64,000 nt of DNA from an uncultured bacterium (GTDB taxonomy: Bacteria; Chloroflexota; UBA5177; JANWHV01). Positions within the stretch are counted from its first letter, which is position 1. Every line of letters starts with the position of its first letter. Location: assembly GCA_963827235.1 (NCBI GenBank), contig CAWHAE010000009.1, forward strand, positions 800,001-864,000, read 5' to 3'. The notes beneath the pieces are model-generated. The model ran no database searches and was not told the DNA's origin. It saw only the letters and a list, made by a program, of their open reading frames with translations. Position numbers and translations under genes: made by a program. Shown here piece after piece: positions 8,901 through 18,970 of the stretch.

Positions 8901-10064
8901 TCACCTGGAGCTCGGGCCGCGCGTGGCACGCGGATGCGGCAGCACGGCTCGCTGCCCGGATCCGCTCCTGTCGCTCGGGCTAGTCTGGCATTGGCTGGAG
9001 TCGCCGGTGGCAGTGCCCGCCAGGCTCACGGTACCGAGCGTGTCCCCAGCATCGTCCGAGAACGTGATCGAGCCGGAGTATGTCGCATCGTCGCACTGGT
9101 CGGGAGGGTTGAGTGCAATCGACTCAGTGCAGGTCGTGCCCGCGGCGACCTCTCCGTTGCATTGGTCGCCCGACGAAAACACGCCGCCGCCGTCGTCGAG
9201 CGTCTCGCTGACGTTGATGGCAGCAGAGCCGTTGTTGTCGACGTTGATCGACTGATACTCGGTGATGCCCGCCTGCGTGCTGAACTCCGCCGTGCCGGGA
9301 CTTACCGATACGTCGGCAGTGGGGTTCGAGCTACCCCCGGTGCCGCTCAAGGCAACGGATACGATGGTGGTACCCTGGGGGTCGACGACCTCGAGGGTGG
9401 CGCTGAACGAGCCCTGACTCGGCGGCGTGAAAGTGACCTCCAGGTCGCAGCGCGAAACCGCAGCCAGGTTGTCGAAGCAGAGGTTGTTGGAGACGGCGAA
9501 GGCGTCGGGATTCGCGCCGTCGATCGTGGGCGTGCCCAGCGGCTGGGCCGCGCCGCCCTCATTGCTGAGCGTCACCGTCTTGGCCTCGCTGGTCGTATTG
9601 GGATCCTGGTCGTCGAATGTGAGCGAGTCCTGCAGCGTTACCACGCTCGGGCCATCGGTCGAGGGCGTATCCGCGGGGCCCGAGGGAGCAGTGGGAGCCG
9701 CGGTAGCAACTGCCTGCGAGGTTCCTGCCGGACTGGCGCTCGCGTTGGGTGCCGTGGTGCCGGTTGCCAGGGCGATCACGGTCGGCGTGCCGATCGGCAC
9801 CGGTTGCGGTCCGGGTGAGGCGAGCATATCCGAGATCGCGATGCCGGCGGCGATGAGCAGGGCCAGGACGCCGATGGACGTGCCGGCCACGAACGGCAGC
9901 GAGTAACGTCGTGCGCCGCCGGTACCTGCGGCCGAGGGCCGGCCCGTACGTCCCGGCGGGGCCCCGAGCGGGGCTCCGCAGCTCTGGCAGAAGCGAAAAT
10001 GCTTCGCGGCTCGCGCGCCGCACCTGGTGCAATACGCAGGTATGACGTCACCTCCCGCCCCCAT
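8901..10064 (-). CDS. Membrane-anchored protein: zinc ribbon + TM + S/T/P linker + two choice-of-anchor-D/ASH-like Ig domains
   Basis: CTRCG…FCQSCG ribbon; TM GVLALLIAAGIAI; VTLSN.G…C…LA…C.LEVTFTP…G.FSATL…V.L.GTG pattern twice. Start uncertain. Confidence 0.75.
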   Translation of the reverse strand: MGAGGDVIPAYCTRCGARAAKHFRFCQSCGAPLGAPPGRTGRPSAAGTGGARRYSLPFVAGTSIGVLALLIAAGIAISDMLASPGPQPVPIGTPTVIALATGTTAPNASASPAGTSQAVATAAPTAPSGPADTPSTDGPSVVTLQDSLTFDDQDPNTTSEAKTVTLSNEGGAAQPLGTPTIDGANPDAFAVSNNLCFDNLAAVSRCDLEVTFTPPSQGSFSATLEVVDPQGTTIVSVALSGTGGSSNPTADVSVSPGTAEFSTQAGITEYQSINVDNNGSAAINVSETLDDGGGVFSSGDQCNGEVAAGTTCTESIALNPPDQCDDATYSGSITFSDDAGDTLGTVSLAGTATGDSSQCQTSPSDRSGSGQRAVLPHPRATRGPSSR

Positions 10065-10138
10065 GAGCCCCGGGGGCTGGGCTCCGCACATCTGTTGCCG
10101 CACGCCCCGACCCGGGGCAAGGCGTCGGAAAGAACGTG

Positions 10139-11317
10139 CTAAGCGCGCGAGACGACTGCCGCGCCGTCGGTGGCCCGGCAACGATAGATCACGGCATCTC
10201 TGCCGATGGCCGTGCGATATCCTGCGGACGTGGCTTCAGCGAAACGGTCGAATGCGGTTTCGTCGACCAGGGCGATCGCGCAGCCGCCAAAGCCGCCGCC
10301 CATCATGCGAGCACCGTAGCAGCCGGGCGCACCTTCGGCCGCTTCCACCATGGCGTCGAGTTCCTTGCAGCTCACCTCGTAGTCGTCCCGCAGACTGGCG
10401 TGAGAGGCTCGCATGAGCTCGCCGGCTTTCGCCAGGTCGTTGTTCCGGAAGGCGGCCACGCACTCCAGCGTGCGCACGTTTTCTGTCACCACGTGATGAG
10501 CGCGTCGATAGAGCGTCTCGGAGAGGAATAGCTTCAGGTCGGTCAGCCAGGCGGGGTCGACGTCGCGCAGCGATCGGATGCCCCCTACGTGCGGGCGAAG
10601 CAAGGTGACGGCCTCCTCACAGGAGCGCCGTCGATCGTTGTATGCCGAGCCGGCCAGTGCCCGGCGCACGCGCGTATCGCACAAGCCGAGCACCAATCCG
10701 GCGGGCAACGGCACGAGCTCGTGCGTCTGTGCCCTGCAATCCAGCAGCAAGGCGTGGTCGGCCTTGCCGTTGCGCGATGCGTATTGATCCATGATGCCAA
10801 CGCGAACGCCCAGGTACTCGTTCTCTACCCACTGGGAGATGAGCACGCAGGTGAGCGGATCGACGGGGAAATCGGCGAGGGTGGAGATGAGAAGCACCGC
10901 CCCGACGCATAGCGCGGCCGACGAGCTCATGCCGGCCCCGGACGGCACGTCGCCGGTGATCGCGATCTCCATGCCCGGCAACGCAGCGCCGCGTTCGCGC
11001 AGGGCCGTGGCCACGCCGGCGATGTACTTCAGCCACTGATCGTCCGGCTTGGTATCGCTCATCTCCCAGGTAGCGGACAGCTCGAGCGTCTTCGTATAGG
11101 CTGATATCGACTGGCCCGGCACGGCCCGGCCGGCCAGGAGCACCGCGCGGTCCACCGCGGCCGGCAACACGAAACCGCCGTTGTAGTCCGTATGCTCACC
11201 GATGATATTCACGCGTCCCGGCGCTCGCACCACGATGGCCTTTGAAGCGCGGGGGCCAAAGTGCTCATCGAGCAGTGTCGTCAGACGCAGCTCGGTAGGC
11301 TCGTTGGTTGCCTGCAT
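10139..11317 (-). CDS. galK: Galactokinase
   Basis: GRVNIIGEHTDYNGG, PSGAGMSSSAA and GARMMGGGFGG GHMP motifs. Confidence 0.95.
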   Translation of the reverse strand: MQATNEPTELRLTTLLDEHFGPRASKAIVVRAPGRVNIIGEHTDYNGGFVLPAAVDRAVLLAGRAVPGQSISAYTKTLELSATWEMSDTKPDDQWLKYIAGVATALRERGAALPGMEIAITGDVPSGAGMSSSAALCVGAVLLISTLADFPVDPLTCVLISQWVENEYLGVRVGIMDQYASRNGKADHALLLDCRAQTHELVPLPAGLVLGLCDTRVRRALAGSAYNDRRRSCEEAVTLLRPHVGGIRSLRDVDPAWLTDLKLFLSETLYRRAHHVVTENVRTLECVAAFRNNDLAKAGELMRASHASLRDDYEVSCKELDAMVEAAEGAPGCYGARMMGGGFGGCAIALVDETAFDRFAEATSAGYRTAIGRDAVIYRCRATDGAAVVSRA

Positions 11318-11376
11318 TGCACTATCTCCTCCCAAGCTCGCCGGGACAATCCAAAGTGATCCGCAGTGAGCACTGT

Positions 11377-12157
11377 CTATTCTACATAGTAGTCCAGGCG
11401 TCTGACAGATGATGCCAGTCCGGTCTCGGTATTAATTTCCACCATGACGGCGTTAACGTCCACCGGACCTTCGGCAGGCTGCGCGTGATGCGACATGAGC
11501 GTGGTGAAGCCGGCGACAACCGGCTCGATCGCCAGGCCGATGACCGATTGTCGGACGCCGACCATGCCCACGTCGGTCACGTAGGCCGTGCCTCGCGGCA
11601 GGATCTGAGCGTCGGCGGTGGGGACATGAGTGTGTGTGCCGAGTACTGCGCTGACGCGCCCGTCCAGGTAGAACCCCATGGCCCGCTTTTCGCTGGTGGC
11701 CTCGGCGTGGAAATCGACGATTACCACGTTCGTCTCCTTGGCGACTGCCGCCAGCGCCTCGTCCACGGCTCGGAACGGGTCGTCGATCGGGCGCATGAAG
11801 AGCCGGCCGAGTGCGTTGAGCACGAGCACGGGCACCTGGCCGACCTGAAGCACCAGGGCACCGCTGCCGGGCACGCCTGCCGGATAGTTGAGCGGGCGCA
11901 AGAATGCGCGGGTCCCGGTCGAGCAGGCTGGATGCTTCCCGGTGCTGCCAGACATGGTTGCCGGAGGTGATCACGTCGACGCCTGCTTGAAAGAGGCTCC
12001 TGGCCGTCGACACGGTCAAGCCCGCTCCGTGAGAGACGTTCTCGCCGTTGGCGATCACCAGGTCGACCGACTCGCGGCGCCGGAGCTCCGGCAGGGTCGC
12101 CGCGACTGCCTCGCGACCGGGCCGGCCAAATACGTCGCCGATGAACAGGAGACGCAC
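11377..12157 (-). CDS. ymdB: YmdB-family metallophosphoesterase (TIGR00282-like), split by one +1 frameshift near 11900
   Basis: N-terminal frame FIGDVFG, NGEN, TSGNH; C-terminal frame LRPLNYP, DFHAEATSEK, GTHTH, TDVGM. One extra T in ATT CT(T)G CGC. Lies downstream of rny as usual. Confidence 0.9.
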
Positions 12158-12286
12158 TCGCCGCTACCCTTCCGGCCGGGCGTGACGCCGGCATCCACGG
12201 CCCCAGATGTCCGTTGGGGTCGCATCACGGGAGCCCGCGCCGCATTCACCGGCGCGAGCCAATCGAGGAGTGCCGGCGCAGCGCGT

Positions 12287-13810
12287 CTATCGCGCTATCT
12301 CCACCACGCGTTTCTCGCGGATCACCATCACCTTGATCTGCCCCGGATAGTCCAGGTTCTCCTCGATACGCTTTGCCACGTCGCGCGCTACCCGCATCGA
12401 TCCCAGGTCGTCGACCTCGTCGGGCTTGACGGCGATACGCAGCTCGCGGCCGGCCTGAATGGCGAAGCTTCGCTCCACGCCCGGGAAGCTGTTGGCGATT
12501 TCCTCCAGGGCTTCGAGCCGCTTGATGTAGGTGCTGACGGTCTCGCGCCGCGCACCCGGCCGTGCGGCCGAGATGGCGTCGCCGGCCGCCACGATGAACG
12601 CTTCGATCGACTGCGGCTCTTCCTCGGCATGGTGCGCGGCGATGGCGTGGACGATCTTGGGCGACTTGCCCAGGCGCTTGCAGATGTCGGCGCCGATCAG
12701 GGCATGTGGCCCTTCGATCTCATGGTCGACCGCTTTGCCGATATCGTGGAGCAGGCCGGCCTCCTTGCAGATATAGGGATCGGCGGCCGACCTCCGCGGC
12801 CATCGCCGCGCAGAGAATAGCTACTTCGACCGCGTGGTTGAGCACGTTCTGCCCATAGCTGGTGCGGAACTTCAGACGGCCTAGCAGCTTGACCAGGTCG
12901 GGGTGGAGACTGTGCACACCCGCGTCGAAGGCGGCTCGCTCTCCCGGCCTCGCGGATGGCGACGTCGACCTCGGCACGAGCCTTGGTCACCACTTCCTCG
13001 ATGCGGGCGGGATGGATGCGGCCGTCGGCAATCAGCTTGGTCAAGGCCACGCGCGCTACCTCGCGCCGGACGGGGTCGAACCCGGAGAGTATCACCGCTT
13101 CCGGCGTATCGTCGATAATCAGGTCGATGCCGGTGGCTGCTTCCAGGGCGCGGATGTTCCGGCCCTCGCGGCCGATGATCCGGCCCTTCATCTCTTCGTT
13201 CGGCAGATTGACGACCGAGACCGTGGTCTCGGCCACCACGTCCGCCGCGCAGCGCTGGATGGCCAGGCCGATAATCTTGTGCGCGCGCCGCTCCGACTCG
13301 AGCTTGGCTTCCGCCTCCATATCGCGCACGCGCCGCTCGATGTCCGACTTGACCTCGCTCTCGACCTGGGCGATCAGCAGTTGCCGGGCCTCCTCACGCG
13401 GCAGGCCGGCGATGTGCTCCAGGACAGCCATCTGCTCAGTCTTGAGCTGCCTCCAGCTTCTCCTTGGCTTCATCCAGGTCCTGCTCTTTCGTGCCGAGCA
13501 CCCGCTCACGCCGCTCGAGGCTCTCGGACCGGCGATCCAGGCTCTCTTCCTTCTGTTGCAGGCGCCGCTCCTGTCGCTGCGCGTCGGCCCGCCGCTCTCG
13601 GCTCTCGGCCTCTGCCTCGGCACGAAGGGCCATGGCTTCGTCCTTGGCGACGAGCAGGATTTCCTTCTGCTTGGATTCGGCCTCCAGTAACACCTTTTCA
13701 GCGCGGCTCTCTACTCCATGCAGGCGGGAACGCGGCACGTAAAAATAGACGACATAGCCGATGGCCAGACCCACGAGCAGGGCGACCACGGCAGTAATGA
13801 CGATGACCAT
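12287..13810 (-). CDS. rny: Ribonuclease Y, with three +1 frameshifts (~13450, ~12944, ~12786)
   Basis: N-terminal TM + coiled coil, KH domain ([14 protein letters not shown]), HD domain (TSYGQNVL.H…LLHDIGK), C-terminal AIQAGRE…YPGQIKV, spread over four frame segments. Confidence 0.93.
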
Positions 13811-13875
13811 GTACGGTACACCTCCCCCAAGTGACCAGACAGTGTACCGGAAGGCGAGTAGCCGGCGGTCGTGGC

Positions 13876-15327
13876 CTAGCCTATTCTCTCCACTGCCGTT
13901 GCGAGGCGGGCGAGACAGACATCACGACCGAGGATCTCCATGCTCTCGAAGAGCGGAGGTCCAGCCTTACTTCCGGTGATAGGTACGCGCGCCACCTCGG
14001 CAAGCTGGCGCAATTTTACGGATGCGGAGTCCGCGAGCGCGCGGAACTCGTTCTCGAGCGATGCGTGGTCCCAACCAGCAACGCGGCTGCATAGTATATG
14101 GACCTGGCGCAGTAGCGATCGGCTAGCCTCCGGCCCAAGCTTCTTCTCTACCACCGTGTCGGGCTCGTAGTCAGGCTCTCGAAAGAAGAATCCCGCCAGA
14201 GAGGAAAACTCGGAGAGCCGGTTGAGCCGTGTTTGGACGAGCGGGACCACGGCCTGCACTAAGGCCGGATTGGCGCCCGCGGGAAGAAACGGCTGCAGCG
14301 CTTCGACGAAACAGTCCTCGGACAGCATCCTGATGTACTGCCCGTTGAGATCGTCGAGGCGATGCATATCGAAGATTGGGCCGCCCGCCACCACCCGGTC
14401 CCAGGTGAAGGCGGCTATGAACTCGTTCAACGAAAATGTCTCGCGGCCGTCGGGCATGGACCAACCCTGAAGCGCGAGATAGTTCAACAGCGCCGCGGGA
14501 AGAAAGCCTTGCTCGCGGTACCAGTCCAACGAGGTATTGTTCTTGCGCTTTGAGATCTTGCTCTTGTCGGCATTCCGCATCAGCGGCATGTGAATGAATG
14601 CGGGAAGGTCCCAGCCAAACGCCTCGTACAACACGACGTGCTTGGGGGCACTGGAAATCCACTCCTCACCACGCACGACGTGCGTGATGCCCATCACATG
14701 GTCGTCCACCACCACGGCAAGGTGATAGGTCGGGAATCCATCTGCCTTCAGCACGACCGGGTCGTCCTGCAGGTCGTTCCGGAAAGAGACCTGGCCCCGC
14801 ACCAGATCGGTGAAGCACGTCTCGCCGCGGTCGGGCATCTTGAGCCGAACCACATGAGGCACGCCCAGCCGTATGTTCTCCGCTACGGTCTGCGGGTCGA
14901 GGTGCAGGCAGCGCCTATCGTACTTGGGCGGCTGCTTGGCCGCTTCCTGCTCCTTGCGCATGGCGTCAAGGCGCTCGCGCGTACAGAAGCAGTAGTAGGC
15001 GCGGCCATCCGCTACGAGCTGTTGCGCGTATTGGCAATAGAGGGGCAGGCGCTCCGACTGCCGGTATGGCGCGAACGGACCGCCTATATCGGGGCCTTCA
15101 TCCCAATGTAGACCGAGCCAGCTCAGGGCGTCGAAGATGCGCTGCTCGGAGGCTTCATCATAGCGGGCGCGATCGGTATCTTCGATGCGCAGCACGAACG
15201 CGCCACCGTTCTGACGTGCAAACGCAAAGTCGAACAGGGCCATATAGGCCGTGCCTATATGCGGGTCACCTGTAGGGCTGGGCGCAATGCGAAGACGAGG
15301 CGAACTAGGCGTCACAGGAGCAGTCAC
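13876..15327 (-). CDS. gltX: Glutamate--tRNA ligase
   Basis: APSPTGDPHIGT (HIGH), RIEDTD, YCFCT, RGEEW, KISKR (KMSKS). Confidence 0.96.
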   Translation of the reverse strand: MTAPVTPSSPRLRIAPSPTGDPHIGTAYMALFDFAFARQNGGAFVLRIEDTDRARYDEASEQRIFDALSWLGLHWDEGPDIGGPFAPYRQSERLPLYCQYAQQLVADGRAYYCFCTRERLDAMRKEQEAAKQPPKYDRRCLHLDPQTVAENIRLGVPHVVRLKMPDRGETCFTDLVRGQVSFRNDLQDDPVVLKADGFPTYHLAVVVDDHVMGITHVVRGEEWISSAPKHVVLYEAFGWDLPAFIHMPLMRNADKSKISKRKNNTSLDWYREQGFLPAALLNYLALQGWSMPDGRETFSLNEFIAAFTWDRVVAGGPIFDMHRLDDLNGQYIRMLSEDCFVEALQPFLPAGANPALVQAVVPLVQTRLNRLSEFSSLAGFFFREPDYEPDTVVEKKLGPEASRSLLRQVHILCSRVAGWDHASLENEFRALADSASVKLRQLAEVARVPITGSKAGPPLFESMEILGRDVCLARLATAVERIG

Positions 15328-15363
15328 ACTTCTACAGCAGTACGCTACAATTGGATGTCACCG

Positions 15364-15393
15364 AACGTAGCAGTACGAGCCAAAGCTCGTCAA
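15364..15393 (-). promoter_or_regulatory. Possible sigma70 promoter of gltX
   Basis: TTGACG-18 nt-TACGTT on the minus strand, with TG just upstream of the -10. Confidence 0.35.
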
Positions 15394-15628
15394 GGAACCT
15401 GTACGTTAACCATACACCAAACGACGAGTGCATGAAGCACGGTAGTGCTTTCCGGCTGGAGTTGTTCTGCAATCGCACCAGCCGCCGAATCATTCCCGGC
15501 CGGCATGTAGCCCCTCATAGGGCTACGTAGCCACGTTCCGGTCTGCCAAACCGGCGAAGACAGAGGCACAGATGGGAAACGTTGGATTCCAGCCTCCCGC
15601 CGGCCGGCTGCCGGCTGCGGGAGGAGAA

Positions 15629-16243
15629 ATGGGCCGAGAAGCTGCCAGGATCAGCCAGGCGAAGCGGCGCAAGCAACTCAGCCAGCGCCTGATGTGGTGC
15701 GGCACCGTGCTCGTGGTGGTCGCAGCCCTGCTGTCGCTCGTGCTTGACCGGCACTCCACGGCCCAGGCCCCCGCCCGTAGCGGGCCGGGCACCGCGGCGA
15801 TCGCCCTCCCGGTCGGGCCGCACACCGGGCAGCGCGCACCGGACTTCACTCTGCGCGACCTGCAGGGCAAAGCGGTCAGCCTGCACACCTACACGGGACG
15901 GCCGTTGCTCATCCACTTCTGGGCGGTGGACTGCACGACCTGCCAGGCGGAGCAGGCAGACTATCTCAGGGCTGTGCGCGATCTGGGTGCCAAGGCTCCG
16001 GCGATTCTGGCCGTGGACGCCTGGGGTGAGACCGCGGACTACATCAGTCCATACGTGCAGAAACATGGCATCCCGGGCGTGGTGCTGGTAGATCTCACCC
16101 ACTCGGTCTTCAGTGATCTTTACCAGGGTATAGGCACGCCTACTGCCGTCTATATCGACGGCCGCGGCGTCATCAGACGGATGGTCACCGGCCAGGAGAG
16201 CTACAGTCAGATCGTCGCCGGCGCCAAGCTGATCGGGGCGTAG
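15629..16243 (+). CDS. Membrane-anchored TlpA/ResA-like thioredoxin-fold protein
   Basis: TM segment, APDFTL.DLQG, FWAVDCTTC (CxxC), GTPTAVYID; GGAGGAG RBS before ATG 15629. Confidence 0.85.
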   Translation: MGREAARISQAKRRKQLSQRLMWCGTVLVVVAALLSLVLDRHSTAQAPARSGPGTAAIALPVGPHTGQRAPDFTLRDLQGKAVSLHTYTGRPLLIHFWAVDCTTCQAEQADYLRAVRDLGAKAPAILAVDAWGETADYISPYVQKHGIPGVVLVDLTHSVFSDLYQGIGTPTAVYIDGRGVIRRMVTGQESYSQIVAGAKLIGA

Positions 16244-16250
16244 TTTCTGG

Positions 16251-16556
16251 CTAGAAGAAGCCGAGCTCCAGCTTGGCATCCTCGCTCATCATGCTGGGAT
16301 TCCAAAGGGGCTCCCAGGTGAGCTTGGGAATGACGGCCTGGATGTCGGGCATGCGGCGCTTAAGCACCTCGTCCATCTCGGCGTCGATGTACTCGTTGAG
16401 CGGACAAGCCGGCGTGGTGAGCGTATAGGTAACGGTGACCGCGCGCTCGTCGACCTCCACCTCGCGAATCAGACCGAGGTCGACCAGGTTAATGCCGAGC
16501 TCCGGATCGTGCACCTCACGGAGATATTCCATTACTTCATCTTCGGTATGAGCCAC
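16251..16556 (-). CDS. sufT: Metal-sulfur cluster assembly factor (DUF59/SufT)
   Basis: DPELGINLVDLGLI, TLTTPACP, WEPLW.P.MMS; last gene of the suf operon. Confidence 0.9.
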   Translation of the reverse strand: MAHTEDEVMEYLREVHDPELGINLVDLGLIREVEVDERAVTVTYTLTTPACPLNEYIDAEMDEVLKRRMPDIQAVIPKLTWEPLWNPSMMSEDAKLELGFF

Positions 16557-16577
16557 GAGCCGTCCTCCCCTTTTTGT

Positions 16578-16886
16578 TTAGGCGTCTACGAAAATGCCGT
16601 CGCCCTCGACGTGCACCGGGTACGTGCGTATGGATTCGGTGGCGGGCAGGCACAAAGCCTCGCCGGTGGTGACGTCGAACACTGCACCGTGCAGCGGGCA
16701 GCTAATCTCCGTGCCCTCGAGCCAGCCTTCGGACAGCGACGCCTCTTCGTGCGTACAGGTGTCTGCGGTCGCGTAGTAGGTGCCGGCGCAGTTGAACAGG
16801 GCGATAATCTCGTCGCCGGCCCGCACGGACTTGCTTTCCCCGGGCGCCAGATCCGACGTCGAGGCGACCCGATAAGTTGTCTTCAT
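16578..16886 (-). CDS. Rieske [2Fe-2S] ferredoxin
   Basis: CTH…CPLHG Rieske motifs. Confidence 0.92.
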   Translation of the reverse strand: MKTTYRVASTSDLAPGESKSVRAGDEIIALFNCAGTYYATADTCTHEEASLSEGWLEGTEISCPLHGAVFDVTTGEALCLPATESIRTYPVHVEGDGIFVDA

Positions 16887-17126
16887 TGTCGATTCCTCAA
16901 ACGAGGCCCCAGGCCTACCGTTTCAATCCGCGGCCGCACGCCGCCGGCAACCTGCCAGCCAGAAAGCGTCACTCGGGAACGAGAATGCTCCTGGCCGTCG
17001 CACCGATCGTGGGCCACCGGACATGCTCACGGCCGGGTTCCCCGCGCGGGTGTGTCCTCCATCGCCCGCCTGGCCGTGACCTGTATGCCCCTCGCTGGAA
17101 CGCCATGGCACAGAGCACACGACCCA

Positions 17127-17528
17127 CTAGGCTGACGTCTCCAGGCGCCTGGTAGCGTCCGGCACCCCGTAGAGTGCCGCCATCATCACCTTGTAGCCCA
17201 GCAGCGCGCATTTGACGCGCGCCGGGCTGAGCGGCACGCCCAGCGCCTCGAGGATGTCGTCGCGCGTGATGCCGAGCGCCTCGCTCTTCGTCTGGCCGGC
17301 GACCATATCGGTGAGCATTGAGGTTGCAGCCTGGCTTATGGCACAGCCGTTGCCGCGGAAGCGCACTTCTTCTATGCGGTCGCCGTTGTAGCGGACGTCC
17401 ACCGTCACGACGTCGCCGCACAGAGGGTTCGTATCCTCGTATGTGGCATCCGGGTTGTCGATGGTGCCGTAGTTGTGCGGATGACGATAGTGGTCCAGGA
17501 TCTCTTCCTGATAGATGTCGCTGCTCAT
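17127..17528 (-). CDS. sufU: SUF system NifU-like protein SufU
   Basis: ILDHY, NPLCGD, GCAISQA, RVKCALL. Confidence 0.92.
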   Translation of the reverse strand: MSSDIYQEEILDHYRHPHNYGTIDNPDATYEDTNPLCGDVVTVDVRYNGDRIEEVRFRGNGCAISQAATSMLTDMVAGQTKSEALGITRDDILEALGVPLSPARVKCALLGYKVMMAALYGVPDATRRLETSA

Positions 17529-17590
17529 TCTCGCTGTTGCTCCTTGCCGCCGGCACCCCGCAACGAGCACCGCGATCGGCTGTCGCCTTC

Positions 17591-18874
17591 CTACACTCTA
17601 AACACCTTACGCACTCGTTCGATTCCGCGCGCCAGCGTGTCTATTTCCTCGATTGTATTGTAGAAATAGACGCTGGCTCTTGTCGTGGCACTGACGTCCA
17701 GCACGCGCATGAGCGGCTGGCAACAGTGGTGCCCGGCTCGTACGGCGATGTTGTCTTGATCGAGGACCGATGCCACGTCGTGCGGGTGCACGCCGCGAAC
17801 GGTGAACGAAACCACGCCGCCCCGCTCGGCGGCCGGCGGCCCGTACACGGTGACGTCCGGGATCGCGGCAAGCGTCCGCAGGAGGTATTCGGCGAGCACG
17901 TGCTCGTAGTCGCGCACCCGCTCCATATCCAGAGCGCTCAGGTAGCGCACGGCAGCGGCGAATCCCAGTGCTTCGGCGATGGCTGGCGTGCCCGCCTCGA
18001 ACCGTTGCGGAAGATCGGCATAGGTCGACGCTTCGAGCGTCACCTTCCGGATCATCGATCCGCCACCCATGAATGGCGGCATGGCGTCGAGCACCTCATA
18101 GCGTCCGTAGAGGGCGCCAATCCCCGTAGGCCCGAGCATCTTGTGCCCGGAGAAGGCCAGGAAATCGCAGTCCAGCGCCTGCACGTCGACCGGGAAGTGC
18201 GGTACGCTTTGCGCGGCATCCACCAGAACCAGCGCTCCGTGGGCATGGGCTCGGGCGGCGATCTCGGCTACCGGGTTGATCGTTCCCACCACGTTGCTCA
18301 TGTGGCTGATTGCCACCAGCTTGACGCCCTGCGCGAGCAACGCGTCGAGATTCGAGAGGTCCATGCGTCCCTGCCCGTCGAGCGGCAGTGCCAGCAGGCG
18401 TGCGCCCCGATCCTCGGCCAGTAGCTGCCAGGGCACCAGGTTGCTGTGATGCTCCATGGCGCTGGTGAGGATGGCGTCGCCGGGTCCGACGTGGTGCCGC
18501 CCCCAGGAGTGCGCGACCAGATTAATCGCCTCGGTCGTGTTGCGCACGAAGACCACGCTCTCGGCCACGGGGGCCCCGATGAAGCCGGCGACGGTCTTTC
18601 GCGCCTCTTCATAGGCCTCCGTGGCCCGCTCGCTGATCTCATACACGCCGCGGTGCACGTTAGCATTGAACGTGGCGTAGTAGCTCGACATGGTGTCGAT
18701 CACCACGCGCGGCTTCTGCGAGGTCGCGGCATTGTCCAGGTAGGTCAAAGGCTTGCCGTCCCGGCTGGTGGCAAGAATCGGGAAATCTGGCCGCACTACC
18801 GACGGATCCAGGGGACCGGACTCTGCCGGCGGCGAAGACGCGGTCTCGAGCCTTGCTCGATCGACGCTCAGCAC
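17591..18874 (-). CDS. sufS: Cysteine desulfurase SufS
   Basis: YLDNAATSQKP, SGHKMLGPTG, RAGHHC; GTG 18874 after an AAAGGAGGA RBS. Confidence 0.95.
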   Translation of the reverse strand: MLSVDRARLETASSPPAESGPLDPSVVRPDFPILATSRDGKPLTYLDNAATSQKPRVVIDTMSSYYATFNANVHRGVYEISERATEAYEEARKTVAGFIGAPVAESVVFVRNTTEAINLVAHSWGRHHVGPGDAILTSAMEHHSNLVPWQLLAEDRGARLLALPLDGQGRMDLSNLDALLAQGVKLVAISHMSNVVGTINPVAEIAARAHAHGALVLVDAAQSVPHFPVDVQALDCDFLAFSGHKMLGPTGIGALYGRYEVLDAMPPFMGGGSMIRKVTLEASTYADLPQRFEAGTPAIAEALGFAAAVRYLSALDMERVRDYEHVLAEYLLRTLAAIPDVTVYGPPAAERGGVVSFTVRGVHPHDVASVLDQDNIAVRAGHHCCQPLMRVLDVSATTRASVYFYNTIEEIDTLARGIERVRKVFRV

Positions 18875-18970
18875 CGTGGATCCTCCTTTCATGTGATTGC
18901 GCGTGCTGTTCCGGGTGGCAGGACCGTGCCCTCTGCGCTCCGTGAGCGCCGTCCTGTCCAAGCACCCGGT

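Noticed and set aside
11895-13455. Programmed ribosomal frameshifting in rny/ymdB
   Set aside because: No slippery heptamers, and four independent single-base duplications fit consensus error better.
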